From positions 12,182-76,181 of the IMG/VR virus record IMGVR_UViG_3300036818_000088: a stretch of DNA of 64,000 nucleotides; one strand, 5' to 3'. The DNA is from a virus. The notes beneath the pieces were generated by a model. That model was not told the origin of the DNA. It saw only the letters and a list, made by a program, of their open reading frames with translations, and ran no database searches. Position numbers and translations under genes: made by a program. This document shows, one piece after another, positions 1 to 9,757 of this stretch (positions are counted from its first letter, which is position 1; each line of letters starts with the position of its first letter).

Positions 1-2
1 AT

Positions 3-653
3 CGCGAGATCCGAGACGCAGGCCAGCGCCTCGTCTTCGTCGGTCTCGACCTTCCCTCTGAGATCGTCGTCAAGGCACTGAGCGAGTCGACCAAGCAGCC
101 ACCGCTCCCCGGCGCTAAGCCGGCCTCGGAGAAAGAAAAGGAGGCGGAGCTAAAGCGGGTGCTGGAGCTGCTCACCGGCAGCGATGACGATGGCAAGCCC
201 ACCATCTCAGTCTGGGTCCGCGTCGGCGGGATCATCGACGGCAGCCCGACCAAGCCCGACGCCGTCCAAGCTGCGATCGACGTGCCGATGGGCCGCAAGG
301 TGCCGGAGAGACCGTGGCCGAAAGCGCTCTACGCGAGGAAGGGCCCAGACTGGATTGTCACCCCGCGCTTTTCGACGGTTCCCGGTGGCGCGGCGAACGA
401 ACCTGACCTCGAAGAGGAAACCTACGTCCCCGTCTCCGCCCTTCTCTCCGATGAGGTTGTAGAGGCGGCGGCTAAGGCTCAATACGAGGACGCCGTTTCT
501 GAAGTCGAGGACGCTTTGGGTCCCGACGACGAGCATGAACCGGAGGGCGTCTGGGACGCCGAGCGAGACAGCATGAAAGAGCTATTTCGCTCAAAGGTCC
601 GTGTGAACTTCCAGGCCGCCATAGACCACCTAGGAGGAACCGATGCCCACTGA
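3..653 (+). CDS. Hypothetical phage protein, 5'-partial
   Basis: Frame 3 is open from position 3 through the annotated 159..653 ORF; the stop overlaps the next start. Confidence 0.7.
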   Translation, partial: REIRDAGQRLVFVGLDLPSEIVVKALSESTKQPPLPGAKPASEKEKEAELKRVLELLTGSDDDGKPTISVWVRVGGIIDGSPTKPDAVQAAIDVPMGRKVPERPWPKALYARKGPDWIVTPRFSTVPGGAANEPDLEEETYVPVSALLSDEVVEAAAKAQYEDAVSEVEDALGPDDEHEPEGVWDAERDSMKELFRSKVRVNFQAAIDHLGGTDAH

Positions 654-3458
654 CCAGACAGAGCAGGTAACCGTGAGTAAGCGTTCGCAGCGGTGTCCAT
701 CCTGCGACTCGCCCCACGCCTCTCGCTTCCCCGCAACGGCCTTCGAGGGCGAAGCGCTCGCCTGCGCGGACGAGTGGCACCTGACCGACCCGCAGTCACC
801 GCCTACCGAGACCATGCACTCGCTAGTCGAGCGAGGCCGAAAGAACGAGGCCGGCCGTGTCTAGTCATACGACAGAGCAGGTAACACAGTCCACTGAGGT
901 ACCGGAGGAGGCGATTGCGGCGGTGCTGGCGAGCGTCCTTGGCAAGGAAGCCGCCCGCGCATTGGTCGCTGGTCCGTCTTGGATGCACGACGCGGCCATG
1001 AAAGCCCTTCGAGATGCCGCCCCAGCCCTTCGCAAACAAGGAGCCGAGGAAGAGAGAGAGCGGCTACTGGCGATCGTCAAGCAGTTCCACAATAACGCGG
1101 TTCGCAGCAAGATTGTGGCCGAGGAGCAGAACGAAGATTCGTCAGTCGAGTCGATCCGAGTCGGAGAGTTGCGAGAAGTCTTCGTCGCCCTAACCGACAA
1201 CCAGGAGGCTTCCTGATGGCAACGGTCGCTGAAGTGAAAAAGGAACGCGAGGCTCCGACCGTCGCGGTTGAGCTAACCGAGCGCGAGCTTCTCCGCGTGA
1301 TGAAGGCGGCGACGGCCGATGAGGTCCGCTGCGAGCAGGCCAGCGACATGGCCCTGAGCAGCATCGGGGAGCCTGCCGTCTACACGCTCGCGGAGAAGCT
1401 GCAAGGCGCATTTCGCAGCGCGGACTTCGGGGAGACTCCCTGATGGCCGGGTGGAGCGAGCAGTGGACGCTGCGGTCAAAGTCGGAGCCGCCGTACGTGA
1501 TGACGAAGGGTGGTCCCGCCATCTACGGCGACCAAACCGTAGAGGTCGTCCCCAAGCTAGAGGCCGAGCAGCAGATCGACAACGCCCTCAAACAGGGAGC
1601 CGACCAGGAGCGTCAGCGATTCTTTGCACTACTCGACAAAGAGATTGTGATCGCCGAAGCGGTGAGCCATCGCGCCCACGTGAACGTCCTCAAGAGCTTC
1701 CAGTCTGCGGTGCTAGCAGCCAACCAGGAGGTTCCGATGCCAGCTAAAGCGCCTAAAGAATGGCCAGAGCGCCTGAATCTCTCCGCTCTGACGAATGCGT
1801 TTGCGACCTTCCCTGATGAGCGCGAGGAGGACGGTGCTCAAAGCCGCCGCCCTTATGTGCGGGCGGATATCGCTGCGCAAGCTGTTCTCCAGGCCCAAGC
1901 AGAGGATGCCCAGCCGGAGCGTCAGCGGCTTAAGGAGGCGCTGGAGAAGCAGATCAAACTTCGCATCGACGGTGAGGAACGCGGCCAGAAAGCGGCGAAG
2001 GAGATCGGCTCAATCGAGAAAAGTCTCGGGCACAACGCCGCCCGCGAAGCCTACGAAAGTGTCCTCGCCGTCCTGGAGGCCGATCGTGGCTGAGGGGGTG
2101 GAGCGGTTCGTAATCTCACAAACGCCGACTGGCCCAGCCACCTACAAGGATGGTGCTGGCCCCTGGGTCCACTACTCCGACTATGAGAAGGAGAAGACGC
2201 GGGCGGACGAACTCGCGGCAACGGATGAGGCTCAGCTTGAAAACTGCATCCTCGAACTCGAAGCCCGCGCCCAGAAAGCTGAGGACGCGCTTGCCGAGAC
2301 GCTCGCAGACCGTGACGCCGCCTACAAGGGCGAGGAAATTGCCCAGCGTGAACGCGATCAAGCCCGCCAAGAGGTAAAGCGGCTGAAGGCCGAACGCTCA
2401 GAGGCAATCCGCGTTGTAGGCCACCGGCTCTTGTCGCACCCGCTCGTTACGACGATGGACGAGGTCCACCGAAACGCGATCAGCACGGTCCTCGATGCTC
2501 TGCTGGAAACTGGCGGACGGCCTAGTTGGAAATCGCAAGAGGAAGCCCGCCAAGAGGTGCTAGAGGAGGTGGCGGCTGAGTTCGAGAGGCGAGCGAAAGA
2601 GCAAGTGAAGAACGAGGCCGAGTGGGTCGAATCGAAGATGGCTGCGCTCACCTACGAGGCCGCCGCTGCTCATTGCCGCGGCCTCGCCACCCTTGATCCC
2701 TCTGGGGAAGTCGAGACCGACGTTGACCGCGAGCTAACTGAACGGGCGGCCCATCCCTCCGGGGAGCAGGGGGAGGAGAAGTGCGTCAGCACCATTGTGG
2801 ACTTCCTCGTCTCTTGGCGCTACTGCCCCGTGGCCACGGCACCGAACCCATCACTATCGTGCCTCGAAGACGCCGCTAAGCAACTGCTCGCTGCCCTTCG
2901 CACCCCCGTTACCGATACCTCCAAGGAGGAGGCCGACGGCTCGGATCGGTGCGGGGGTTCACGTCAAGTAAAGCGCTGGGGGGCCGGCGGAATGTTCGAC
3001 TACGTGCCCTGTCAGGGGTGCATCGACTGTGATCCCTCCAAGGAGGAGCGAGAGGATGCCTGAGAACGCGATCAGCAACGACCGCGCCGACCGGATCATT
3101 CACCACCTGGCGGAGTGCCATCGGGAGATTGTCGCCGCCGCCGAAGCTGAGGAGATCGATACCTGGATGGCGGCTGATCTAGTAGGCATCCTCTTCGACA
3201 AGGCGAAGGACGAAATCAACCGTCGCCGCGCTGCTTCTTCCAAGGAGGTGCAGGGCGATGGCTAAATACGCGGTCACGATCCGTGGCCTAGCAGAGCAGG
3301 TCGTGTATGTGAAGGCAGAGTCGCGCTCCGCCGCGCGAGAGGCCGCCCGTAATCGCGAGTTCCACGACGCTCAGGAAATCGACTTCGCTTCGGGTCATCC
3401 CGTATGGCCTTCGCGGGAGCCGGTTGACCTCTTGGAGGTGGAAGGCGATGGCGAGTAG
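643..3458 (+). other. Array of translationally coupled small hypothetical genes (643-864, 857-1216, 1216-1443, 1443-2093, 2086-3063, 3056-3265, 3258-3458)
   Basis: Overlapping stop/start junctions with GGAG(G) RBSs; shared peptide modules (TEQVT, QGAEEERERL, DNQE, DPSKEE). Confidence 0.8.
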
Positions 3459-4320
3459 CCCAGCCCAACCGCAGCAACTTCTCGACATTGAGATCTGGCA
3501 GGCGTGTGAACGCGCAATCGAGCAAGAGAACCCCTCCCATGTCTTCGGCCTCTTCTCCGGCGGCCACGACTCAGTGTGCGCCCTGCACCGCATCGCCCAG
3601 CACCCACGCTTCACCGCAGCCGTCCACCTCAACACGGGCATTGGCATCCCCGAGACACGCGAGTACGTCTACGAGACCTGCAAAGCATTCGGCTGGCCCT
3701 TGATCGAGATGCACGCCGAGCGCGAGTACGAGGAGATGGTCCTCGACGGCGTCAAAACAAAGCGCGGCATTAACCGAGGCTTCCCCGGCGGCGATGCTTC
3801 CCATAAGACCTATTACCACTGGCTAAAGCAACGCCAGATCCGCCGCTTGGTCCGAGAGCACAAGCAGCACGATGGCGACCGCATCGCCCTCTCAACTGGA
3901 GCCCGCAGGGAGGAGTCCCAGCGGCGCATGTCAGCGGCCCTAGCGGTTCCCGTTCGACGTGAGGGCGCCCAGCTCTGGCTGAACCCAATCCTTGCCTTCA
4001 CTTCCAAAGACAAGGACGCCGATATGGAGACACACGGTATTGAGCGCAACCCCGTGGTTGACATGCTCCATCGCTCGGGAGAGTGCCTGTGCGGTGCGTT
4101 GGCCCAGGCCGACGAAATCCGCGAGATTGAGCTGTTCTTCCCAGACATCGCGCAACGCATCCACGATCTTGAGGAGAAAGTTGAGAGGGCTGGTATCGCA
4201 GCTTGCCGTTGGGCAAATCGCCTTCCCAGCGGTGTCTCCAACGACCAAGAGGCAATGCCTCTCTGCATCGCCTGTACGCCTGTTTTGGAGGAGCCGATCC
4301 GAGGAGCCACACACCGATGA
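3448..4320 (+). CDS. PAPS reductase-family (PP-loop) protein
   Basis: FSGGHDS PP-loop, HLNTGIG, TGARREESQRR, NPILAFT and a C-terminal SGECLCG Cys motif. Confidence 0.85.
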   Translation: MASSPAQPQQLLDIEIWQACERAIEQENPSHVFGLFSGGHDSVCALHRIAQHPRFTAAVHLNTGIGIPETREYVYETCKAFGWPLIEMHAEREYEEMVLDGVKTKRGINRGFPGGDASHKTYYHWLKQRQIRRLVREHKQHDGDRIALSTGARREESQRRMSAALAVPVRREGAQLWLNPILAFTSKDKDADMETHGIERNPVVDMLHRSGECLCGALAQADEIREIELFFPDIAQRIHDLEEKVERAGIAACRWANRLPSGVSNDQEAMPLCIACTPVLEEPIRGATHR

Positions 4321-4860
4321 GTAAGCAGGAGGAGGCGATCGAACGACTGATTCGCGAGTACGAGGACCGGGCCTCGGCACAGAACGCCTATCGCCAGGTC
4401 GCCGCCACATATCGAGGGGTCATCAGAGACCTTCAAAAGCTGCTCTCTCCGGTTGATTACGAGGTCAAGAGGACCGACCATGAGTAAGCTAGGGGGGGAC
4501 GAGATCAAGCTGACCGAAGCGCAACGACGGGTGCTGAGAGACGCTGCGCGCGACTTGCACGGAGAACGGACCTGCCACGTCGGTCCAGGTGGCGCCCGCG
4601 CTGCCAAGGCGCTCGAAGCTCTCGGCCTTGGCACTTACTACCGCCGGACACAGCGCGGCAGCCGCTTCAACCGCGAAGTCTCGCCGTCGCGCTTCGTCAT
4701 CAGGGAGGCCGGGATCGATGCTCTCGACTTGGGGACCGACCATGAGCTGAAGGCGAGCGGGTCACCACCGTCAACAGGCAGGGCTGGCTCGTTGGGCTTG
4801 AGGTTCTGCACTCCCCCCTACGGCAGGGAGGTGGGGAGGGATGAGCGACAGCGGAGCTAA
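4317..4860 (+). other. Two small hypothetical genes (4317-4487, 4480-4860)
   Basis: Coupled starts, both beginning ATGAGTAAGC. Confidence 0.6.
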
Positions 4861-5611
4861 AGGAAAACCGAAGAAAAAACTGCCGCGTAAACACGGAACC
4901 AGAGCCAAGTACATCAAGGAGAAATGCCATTGTCCTCGATGCCGCGAAGCCAACAATGACTACCTCGCCAAGCGCCGCTCCAAAAAGCGCGCGGATGCAG
5001 CCAAAGTCCCGACCGGCTCTAACCTCACCACCGCCCAAAAATCCATCCGCGATTCGCTGATCGTCAGCCGGCGCAATCAGGGCTGGTCATTTGAGAAGAT
5101 CGGCAAAGAGGTCAAGCTGGGGGTCAGGGCGACGGAAATGGCGTACGAGCGCAAGCTTGCCTCGATGGAGTCGGTGCTGGAGGTCGATGCGAGGAAGATC
5201 GTCGAAAGGCTGATAACGGAAATCCAGTTCTCGGTCGGAGACCTGGAGCAGATCGCTCTCGCCGCGATCGAAGCCGGCAATACCGCCTCGGCGGTCAGCG
5301 CCAAGCGAGCGGCCAACGAGGCGCGAGAGCGCCTACAGAACCTTCTGCAGACGACCGGCGTCCTGCCACACGACCTCGGCACGATCAAACATCAGCTCGA
5401 ATTCCGCGTCGTCGTCGTGGAGATCGTCAAACTGGTTCACACCTTCGTCGGGGAAATCGAGGCCATCGCCTTGCCCGAGGACAAGCGACCCGAAGTGCTG
5501 AAGGCCGCAGGCAAGCTCACCACCGGCCTCGAGCAACTCGACGAGCAACCGAGCGCGAACGGAGGAGACGATGGAACAGCTGAAAAAGAAACAGCCGCAA
5601 CCGCTTCGTGA
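4841..5611 (+). CDS. Zn-knuckle + HTH DNA-binding protein, possibly the terminase small subunit
   Basis: HGTRAKY..CHCPRC motif, HTH-like GWSFEKIGKEVKLG and a helical C-terminus. TerS is inferred only. Confidence 0.5.
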   Translation: MSDSGAKGKPKKKLPRKHGTRAKYIKEKCHCPRCREANNDYLAKRRSKKRADAAKVPTGSNLTTAQKSIRDSLIVSRRNQGWSFEKIGKEVKLGVRATEMAYERKLASMESVLEVDARKIVERLITEIQFSVGDLEQIALAAIEAGNTASAVSAKRAANEARERLQNLLQTTGVLPHDLGTIKHQLEFRVVVVEIVKLVHTFVGEIEAIALPEDKRPEVLKAAGKLTTGLEQLDEQPSANGGDDGTAEKETAATAS

Positions 5612-5729
5612 GGGCGAAGTGATCCCGCTGGATGAGAAAGACCGCCTCGATGAGCGCGAGGCCGATATCGGGCCGCCGCCTTCACGGCGCCCCCACCGCG
5701 ATGACGAGCCACCCGACAAGGCGGCGTAA
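5571..5729 (+). CDS. 52-aa hypothetical protein (absent from the ORF track)
   Basis: GGAGGAG RBS, then ATG 5571 to TAA 5729 (MEQLKKKQPQPLREGEV...). Confidence 0.5.
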   Translation: MEQLKKKQPQPLREGEVIPLDEKDRLDEREADIGPPPSRRPHRDDEPPDKAA

Positions 5730-6084
5730 ACGCTCAGGCGGCATCCTCGGCCGCCTCAGCGCAACGTTCACCGATCCGCGCCGCGTCGGAGGCTCAATCG
5801 ACCCTGCCACTCGCCAGATCGACCCCGAGCGCGCGGTGCTGCTTGAGCGCGTCGCCGTCGCCGAAGTCGCAATGGAGCGCGAGGACGTGGGCGAGTGCGT
5901 GCTGGCGATCGAGCTAGCCGGCAAGCTGAACACGACCAATGAGGAGGCGCGGCTACTGCTGCTCGCCACGCCCGACGCGGCGGCGCTGCTGGTCGCCCAG
6001 ACACTAGGGCTGGCCCGTCACGGCCGCGTCGGGCCTGAGTTCGAGGCTGCGCTTGAGAACAGAATTCGCGAGGCGGCGGGGTAG
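5701..6084 (+). CDS. Hypothetical phage protein
   Basis: ORF with typical codon usage; start uncertain. Confidence 0.65.
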   Translation: MTSHPTRRRKRSGGILGRLSATFTDPRRVGGSIDPATRQIDPERAVLLERVAVAEVAMEREDVGECVLAIELAGKLNTTNEEARLLLLATPDAAALLVAQTLGLARHGRVGPEFEAALENRIREAAG

Positions 6085-6087
6085 GGT

Positions 6088-7122
6088 GTGCGAGTCGGAT
6101 CGGTCTTCAGCGGACACGGAGCGCTCGACTTCGGCCTCCACCTCGCCGGCCTTGAGCATGGCTGGTTCTGCGAGTCCGACCCCTTCCGCCGAGACATCCT
6201 CTCCAAGCGCTGGCCCGGAGTCCCAATCTTCGAGGACATCCGAGGACTCGGAGCAGATGACGCTGGATCCATCGATGTCATCGCTGGCGGCTTCCCCTGC
6301 CGAGGTATCTCAGCAGCAGGAAAGCGAGAGGGCTTCGGCCACCCCGAAACCGTTCTGTGGCGAGAGATGCTCCGGACCATTCGCGAGTTTCGACCCCGCT
6401 ACGTCATCGTGGAGAACGTGCGCGATCTCCTTGTTCTCCGACCACCCGGAGGACACCCCGGAGACCTCTGGCGAGAGGTTCTTGGAGGGCTTTCCGCGAG
6501 CGGGTTCGATGCTGTCTGGGACGTGCTACCAGCAGCAGCCTTCGGCGCCCCTCACCTCCGTCAAAGGGTCGTCGCCATTGCTGCCCACTCCGACCGTGCA
6601 GGATGGGAGCAACGTGGAGGGCGAGAGCCAGACACGGCGCAACTCCCCGCCGCTGAACGCACTGGTCCGGCTGCTCCCAACCCCAACGGCCAACGACGAC
6701 AACAAGTCCCCGGAGGCGCATCTGGCGATGAAGCGGCGGATGTCGGAGACGGACGGCTCCGACCGCACGCAGATCACGAGCTTGCAGGTACTGGCGAAGG
6801 CGGGGTTCCAGCAGCCGATGCCGCTCCTTCCGACCCTGACCAGCGCCTCCTACAAACAGGGCGGAACGGCAGCGGAGCAGACGGAGATCAAGCGGATTCT
6901 CGGGGTCTTGCCGAGTGGGGAGAGTACGGATTCGCCATCGAGCGATGGGAGCGAGTCCACGGGCCTGCGCCTAGCCCCCTCATTCGTAGAGTGGATGATG
7001 GGTCTTCCCCAGGGGTGGTCCGATCCCGACTGTCTGCTCTCGGCGACGGAGTTCTCGTTGATCTGGGAATCACAGCGGGGCGCTACGTCCTCGACCTCGA
7101 CAGAGAAGTAGCCGATGCCTAA
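6088..7122 (+). CDS. DNA cytosine-C5 methyltransferase, alpha-type subunit
   Basis: Motif I FSGHG, IV GGFPC, VI ENV, VIII PHLRQRV, and X-like RLSALGDGV. No motif IX in this frame. Confidence 0.92.
   Translation: MRVGSVFSGHGALDFGLHLAGLEHGWFCESDPFRRDILSKRWPGVPIFEDIRGLGADDAGSIDVIAGGFPCRGISAAGKREGFGHPETVLWREMLRTIREFRPRYVIVENVRDLLVLRPPGGHPGDLWREVLGGLSASGFDAVWDVLPAAAFGAPHLRQRVVAIAAHSDRAGWEQRGGREPDTAQLPAAERTGPAAPNPNGQRRQQVPGGASGDEAADVGDGRLRPHADHELAGTGEGGVPAADAAPSDPDQRLLQTGRNGSGADGDQADSRGLAEWGEYGFAIERWERVHGPAPSPLIRRVDDGSSPGVVRSRLSALGDGVLVDLGITAGRYVLDLDREVADA
6257..7111 (+). CDS. C5 methyltransferase beta-type subunit in an overlapping frame
   Basis: The alternative frame is open for more than 1 kb inside the MTase gene, with repeated LLPTP and motif IX-like RLAPSFVEWMMGLPQGW. 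Start uncertain. Confidence 0.75.
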   Translation: MTLDPSMSSLAASPAEVSQQQESERASATPKPFCGERCSGPFASFDPATSSWRTCAISLFSDHPEDTPETSGERFLEGFPRAGSMLSGTCYQQQPSAPLTSVKGSSPLLPTPTVQDGSNVEGESQTRRNSPPLNALVRLLPTPTANDDNKSPEAHLAMKRRMSETDGSDRTQITSLQVLAKAGFQQPMPLLPTLTSASYKQGGTAAEQTEIKRILGVLPSGESTDSPSSDGSESTGLRLAPSFVEWMMGLPQGWSDPDCLLSATEFSLIWESQRGATSSTSTEK

Positions 7123-7930
7123 ACCCCTAACGCACAGCGAACTGATCGAGCGCCTCCAACGCCGGGTGCTCAGCCATGAGGGCCAAGGGCATCGGGCCTT
7201 CCTGCTGACCGAGGTGGGGCTTGGCTCACGGCGCGCAGATGCGATCAGCATCGGCCTATGGGCTTCGCGCGGGCAGCTTCTCGAAGGCTTCGAGGCGAAG
7301 TCCACGCGGGGGGATTGGCTGCGGGAGTACGAAGACCACCAAAAGGCAGAACCGCTGATGGCTATCGTCGATCGTTACTGGCTCGTCACCAACCCCGATG
7401 TCCTGCAACCCGGTGAGTTGCCCGAGAGTTGGGGCCTGCTCATCTCCAACGGCCGCGGTCGCAACCTGAAGGTCGCCAAGCCGGCGCCGAAGTTGCGCGA
7501 GTCAGGTGACAGCGTAGGCCGTGAAGTCCTCGTCTCGTTGCTGCGGCGCCTGCGTGCCCTCGGTGAGGACGAACGAGCCGAGGTCTATGAACAGGCGCGT
7601 GAGGCCGCTGCCCAGTCGGTTGACTTCGACCGCCGCCGCCTTGAGCATGAAAACGAACGTCTCAAACGTTGGACACAGGAGTTCGAAGAAGGTTGGGATG
7701 CCTTCCACCGCGCCCTTGGACTCGACCGCTGGAAGTGGCAGCCGACCGTCGAGAATCTCGCCTTCCTCGGCCAGGTCGCCGAAGCCCTGCGTGACGGCCA
7801 AGAGGGCCTGGAGCGCCTGCACCGCGATGTCAAGCACAAGGAAGCAGCAGCCGCTGATCTCGTCGGCCAGCTCAACGATGCGCTCGGCGACCTCGGCGCA
7901 GCCATCTACGGCAGGGGGCAGGCAGCTTGA
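7115..7930 (+). CDS. MmcB-like PD-(D/E)xK nuclease with a coiled-coil C-terminus
   Basis: TEV..RRADAI..GFEAKSTRGDWLRE..K..P...LPESWGLL. Confidence 0.75.
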   Translation: MPKPLTHSELIERLQRRVLSHEGQGHRAFLLTEVGLGSRRADAISIGLWASRGQLLEGFEAKSTRGDWLREYEDHQKAEPLMAIVDRYWLVTNPDVLQPGELPESWGLLISNGRGRNLKVAKPAPKLRESGDSVGREVLVSLLRRLRALGEDERAEVYEQAREAAAQSVDFDRRRLEHENERLKRWTQEFEEGWDAFHRALGLDRWKWQPTVENLAFLGQVAEALRDGQEGLERLHRDVKHKEAAAADLVGQLNDALGDLGAAIYGRGQAA

Positions 7931-8670
7931 AGCCCTACTACTCCGAGGGCGGGATTGAGATTTGGCATGGCGATTGTCGAGAGGTGCTGCCGCAGATCGG
8001 CCCGGTCGACGCGGTCCTTACTGATCCGCCCTACGGCGACACGTCCCTCGACTGGGACCAGCCGGTCAAGGGATGGCTGGACCTGATCGACACTCGCCAG
8101 GTTTGGTGCTTCGGGTCAATGCGCTTCTGGCTCGAGCACGGTTCCGACTTCCGAGAGAACTGGACCTATGCGCAAGAGATCATCTGGGAGAAGCACAACG
8201 GGTCAAGCTTCCACGCCGATCGTTTCAAGCGGGTGCACGAGTTGGCCATCCACTGGTATCGCGGCGCGTGGTCGGCGCTCTATCGGAACACGCCGGTCAC
8301 CCTCGACGCGACTCCGCGAACAGTTCGACGCAAGCAGCGCCCGCCGCACACCGGCCATATCGAGGCCGGTTCCTATCGCTCCCTTGACGGTGGCCTCAAG
8401 CTCATGCGCTCAGTGCTGCAGGTCCGCTCTGAGCACGGCCGCGCCGTACACCCGTGCCAGAAGCCGCTCGGCATCCTTACCCCGCTGCTTGGCTGCTCGG
8501 TTCCCCAGGGTGGCCTGGTCCTCGATCCGTTCATGGGCAGTGGGACCACGCTGCTTGCAGCTAAGAACCTGAATCGCCGAGCCATCGGTATCGAGATCGA
8601 GGAGCGCTTCTGTGAGGTCGCCGTCCAACGACTGGCGCAGGAAGTGCTCGATGTCGAGGCGGCATGCTGA
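7927..8670 (+). CDS. DNA N4/N6 methyltransferase (beta class)
   Basis: HGDCREVL, TDPPY, HPCQKP, LDPFMGSGTT, AIGIEIEERFC. Confidence 0.93.
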   Translation: MKPYYSEGGIEIWHGDCREVLPQIGPVDAVLTDPPYGDTSLDWDQPVKGWLDLIDTRQVWCFGSMRFWLEHGSDFRENWTYAQEIIWEKHNGSSFHADRFKRVHELAIHWYRGAWSALYRNTPVTLDATPRTVRRKQRPPHTGHIEAGSYRSLDGGLKLMRSVLQVRSEHGRAVHPCQKPLGILTPLLGCSVPQGGLVLDPFMGSGTTLLAAKNLNRRAIGIEIEERFCEVAVQRLAQEVLDVEAAC

Positions 8671-8712
8671 ACCTCCTTCACCACATGCTAAGATGCCCTG
8701 CACACCCGATCA
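8665..8712 (+). promoter_or_regulatory. Promoter/operator cassette copy A
   Basis: GCTGAACCTCCTTCACC palindrome, TGCTAAGAT extended -10, ACACCCGATCA box; AAGGAG RBS follows. Confidence 0.75.
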
Positions 8713-8736
8713 TCGACTCCTGAAGGAGCGTGCCAG

Positions 8737-9311
8737 ATGCCCGACGATTTCCTCATCACCGAATTCAAGGACTCGGCCGAGATCCCGCCGGAGGTTGCCG
8801 AGAGACAGTTCGAAGTATACCGCCGCCTCATGAGCACCCGGATCTTCGATCATCAGCGCGACTGCCCCGAAGATGTCCAACGCCGCAGCTTCCCCCCTGT
8901 CGTAGGCCCCGGCCGCGGTCGCCCCCTCAAGCCGTGAGCGAGCCTTTCGAGCTGCGCGGTCGCAAGCTCTACCAACAGAGCGAACGGGTAAAACTCAGCC
9001 CCGGCGACAGCGCAGAAGTCAACCGTCGCCAGGCCCGCGCGATGCAAGATGCCGTCGCCAAGGCTCGCGCAGAGGGTCGGCTGACGGTTGCCGATGCCCG
9101 TGGCGAGCTAGGCGTCCTGCATGAAGTCCTGCGCCAACTCAATGTCGCCGGCTCACTTCCCGTCGGCATCCGCCTCGCCCCCGCCGAGCGCGAGTACGGT
9201 CTCCGCACCAAGGTCCAGGCCGCCCAGCGCCAGCGTCGCCGTGCCGAGAAGAAAGCCCGCGCCGCAGGTCGAGCACCGAAGAAATCGAAGTCGCGCAAGC
9301 GTCGCGGCTAG
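8737..9311 (+). other. Two hypothetical genes (8737-8937, 8934-9311)
   Basis: AAGGAG RBS; GTGA overlap; basic C-terminus in the second gene. Confidence 0.65.
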
Positions 9312-9351
9312 CGCTAACGATCTTCGGACCAAAGTACGCTCCGCCCTGTGC

Positions 9352-9588
9352 ATGGGAACCGATCTGCGACTACTGCAATCGCTTGGATGCTACCTCGGGA
9401 TGGTGCTCCTCGTTGGCCAACTTCTGCTTCGCGCGTTCGCTCAGATCCCTTTCGACTCTCTCTTCCTCGGCATCACCGGCCTTCTTATCCTCACGCCAAT
9501 GTTCGGCACCGACTTCGTTGTTGCGGTAATAAGAGCGGTGCGGGGTAGTGGGGGAGCCAATGATCGGAGTTCCACCGATGGCCTCTAA
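9352..9588 (+). CDS. Small 2-TM membrane protein (holin-like)
   Basis: Two hydrophobic segments (LGCYLGMVLLVGQLLL; LFLGITGLLILTPMFG). Confidence 0.55.
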   Translation: MGTDLRLLQSLGCYLGMVLLVGQLLLRAFAQIPFDSLFLGITGLLILTPMFGTDFVVAVIRAVRGSGGANDRSSTDGL

Positions 9589-9757
9589 CCCAGTCCAAAC
9601 GGTGGTAGCCTTCATGCGGCAACGCGCCCGCCTGATGGCAACCAAGGCACCCAAGGATGCGCCTTGGCTGCTGATCGGCGTATTGATCCTAGGAATAATC
9701 TTGCTGCTGCTCTACGGCCTCGCCTCGCAGCTTGACATGGGAATGGTGAGCTGGTGA
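9560..9757 (+). CDS. Small 1-TM membrane protein
   Basis: WLLIGVLILGIILLLLYGL. Confidence 0.55.
   Translation: MIGVPPMASNPVQTVVAFMRQRARLMATKAPKDAPWLLIGVLILGIILLLLYGLASQLDMGMVSW

Noticed and set aside
1795-2085. 5' extensions of ORFs in the track (e.g. 1795, 8730, 13424, 14459, 54278)
   Set aside because: They overlap upstream genes; downstream starts with RBSs or coupling are more plausible.
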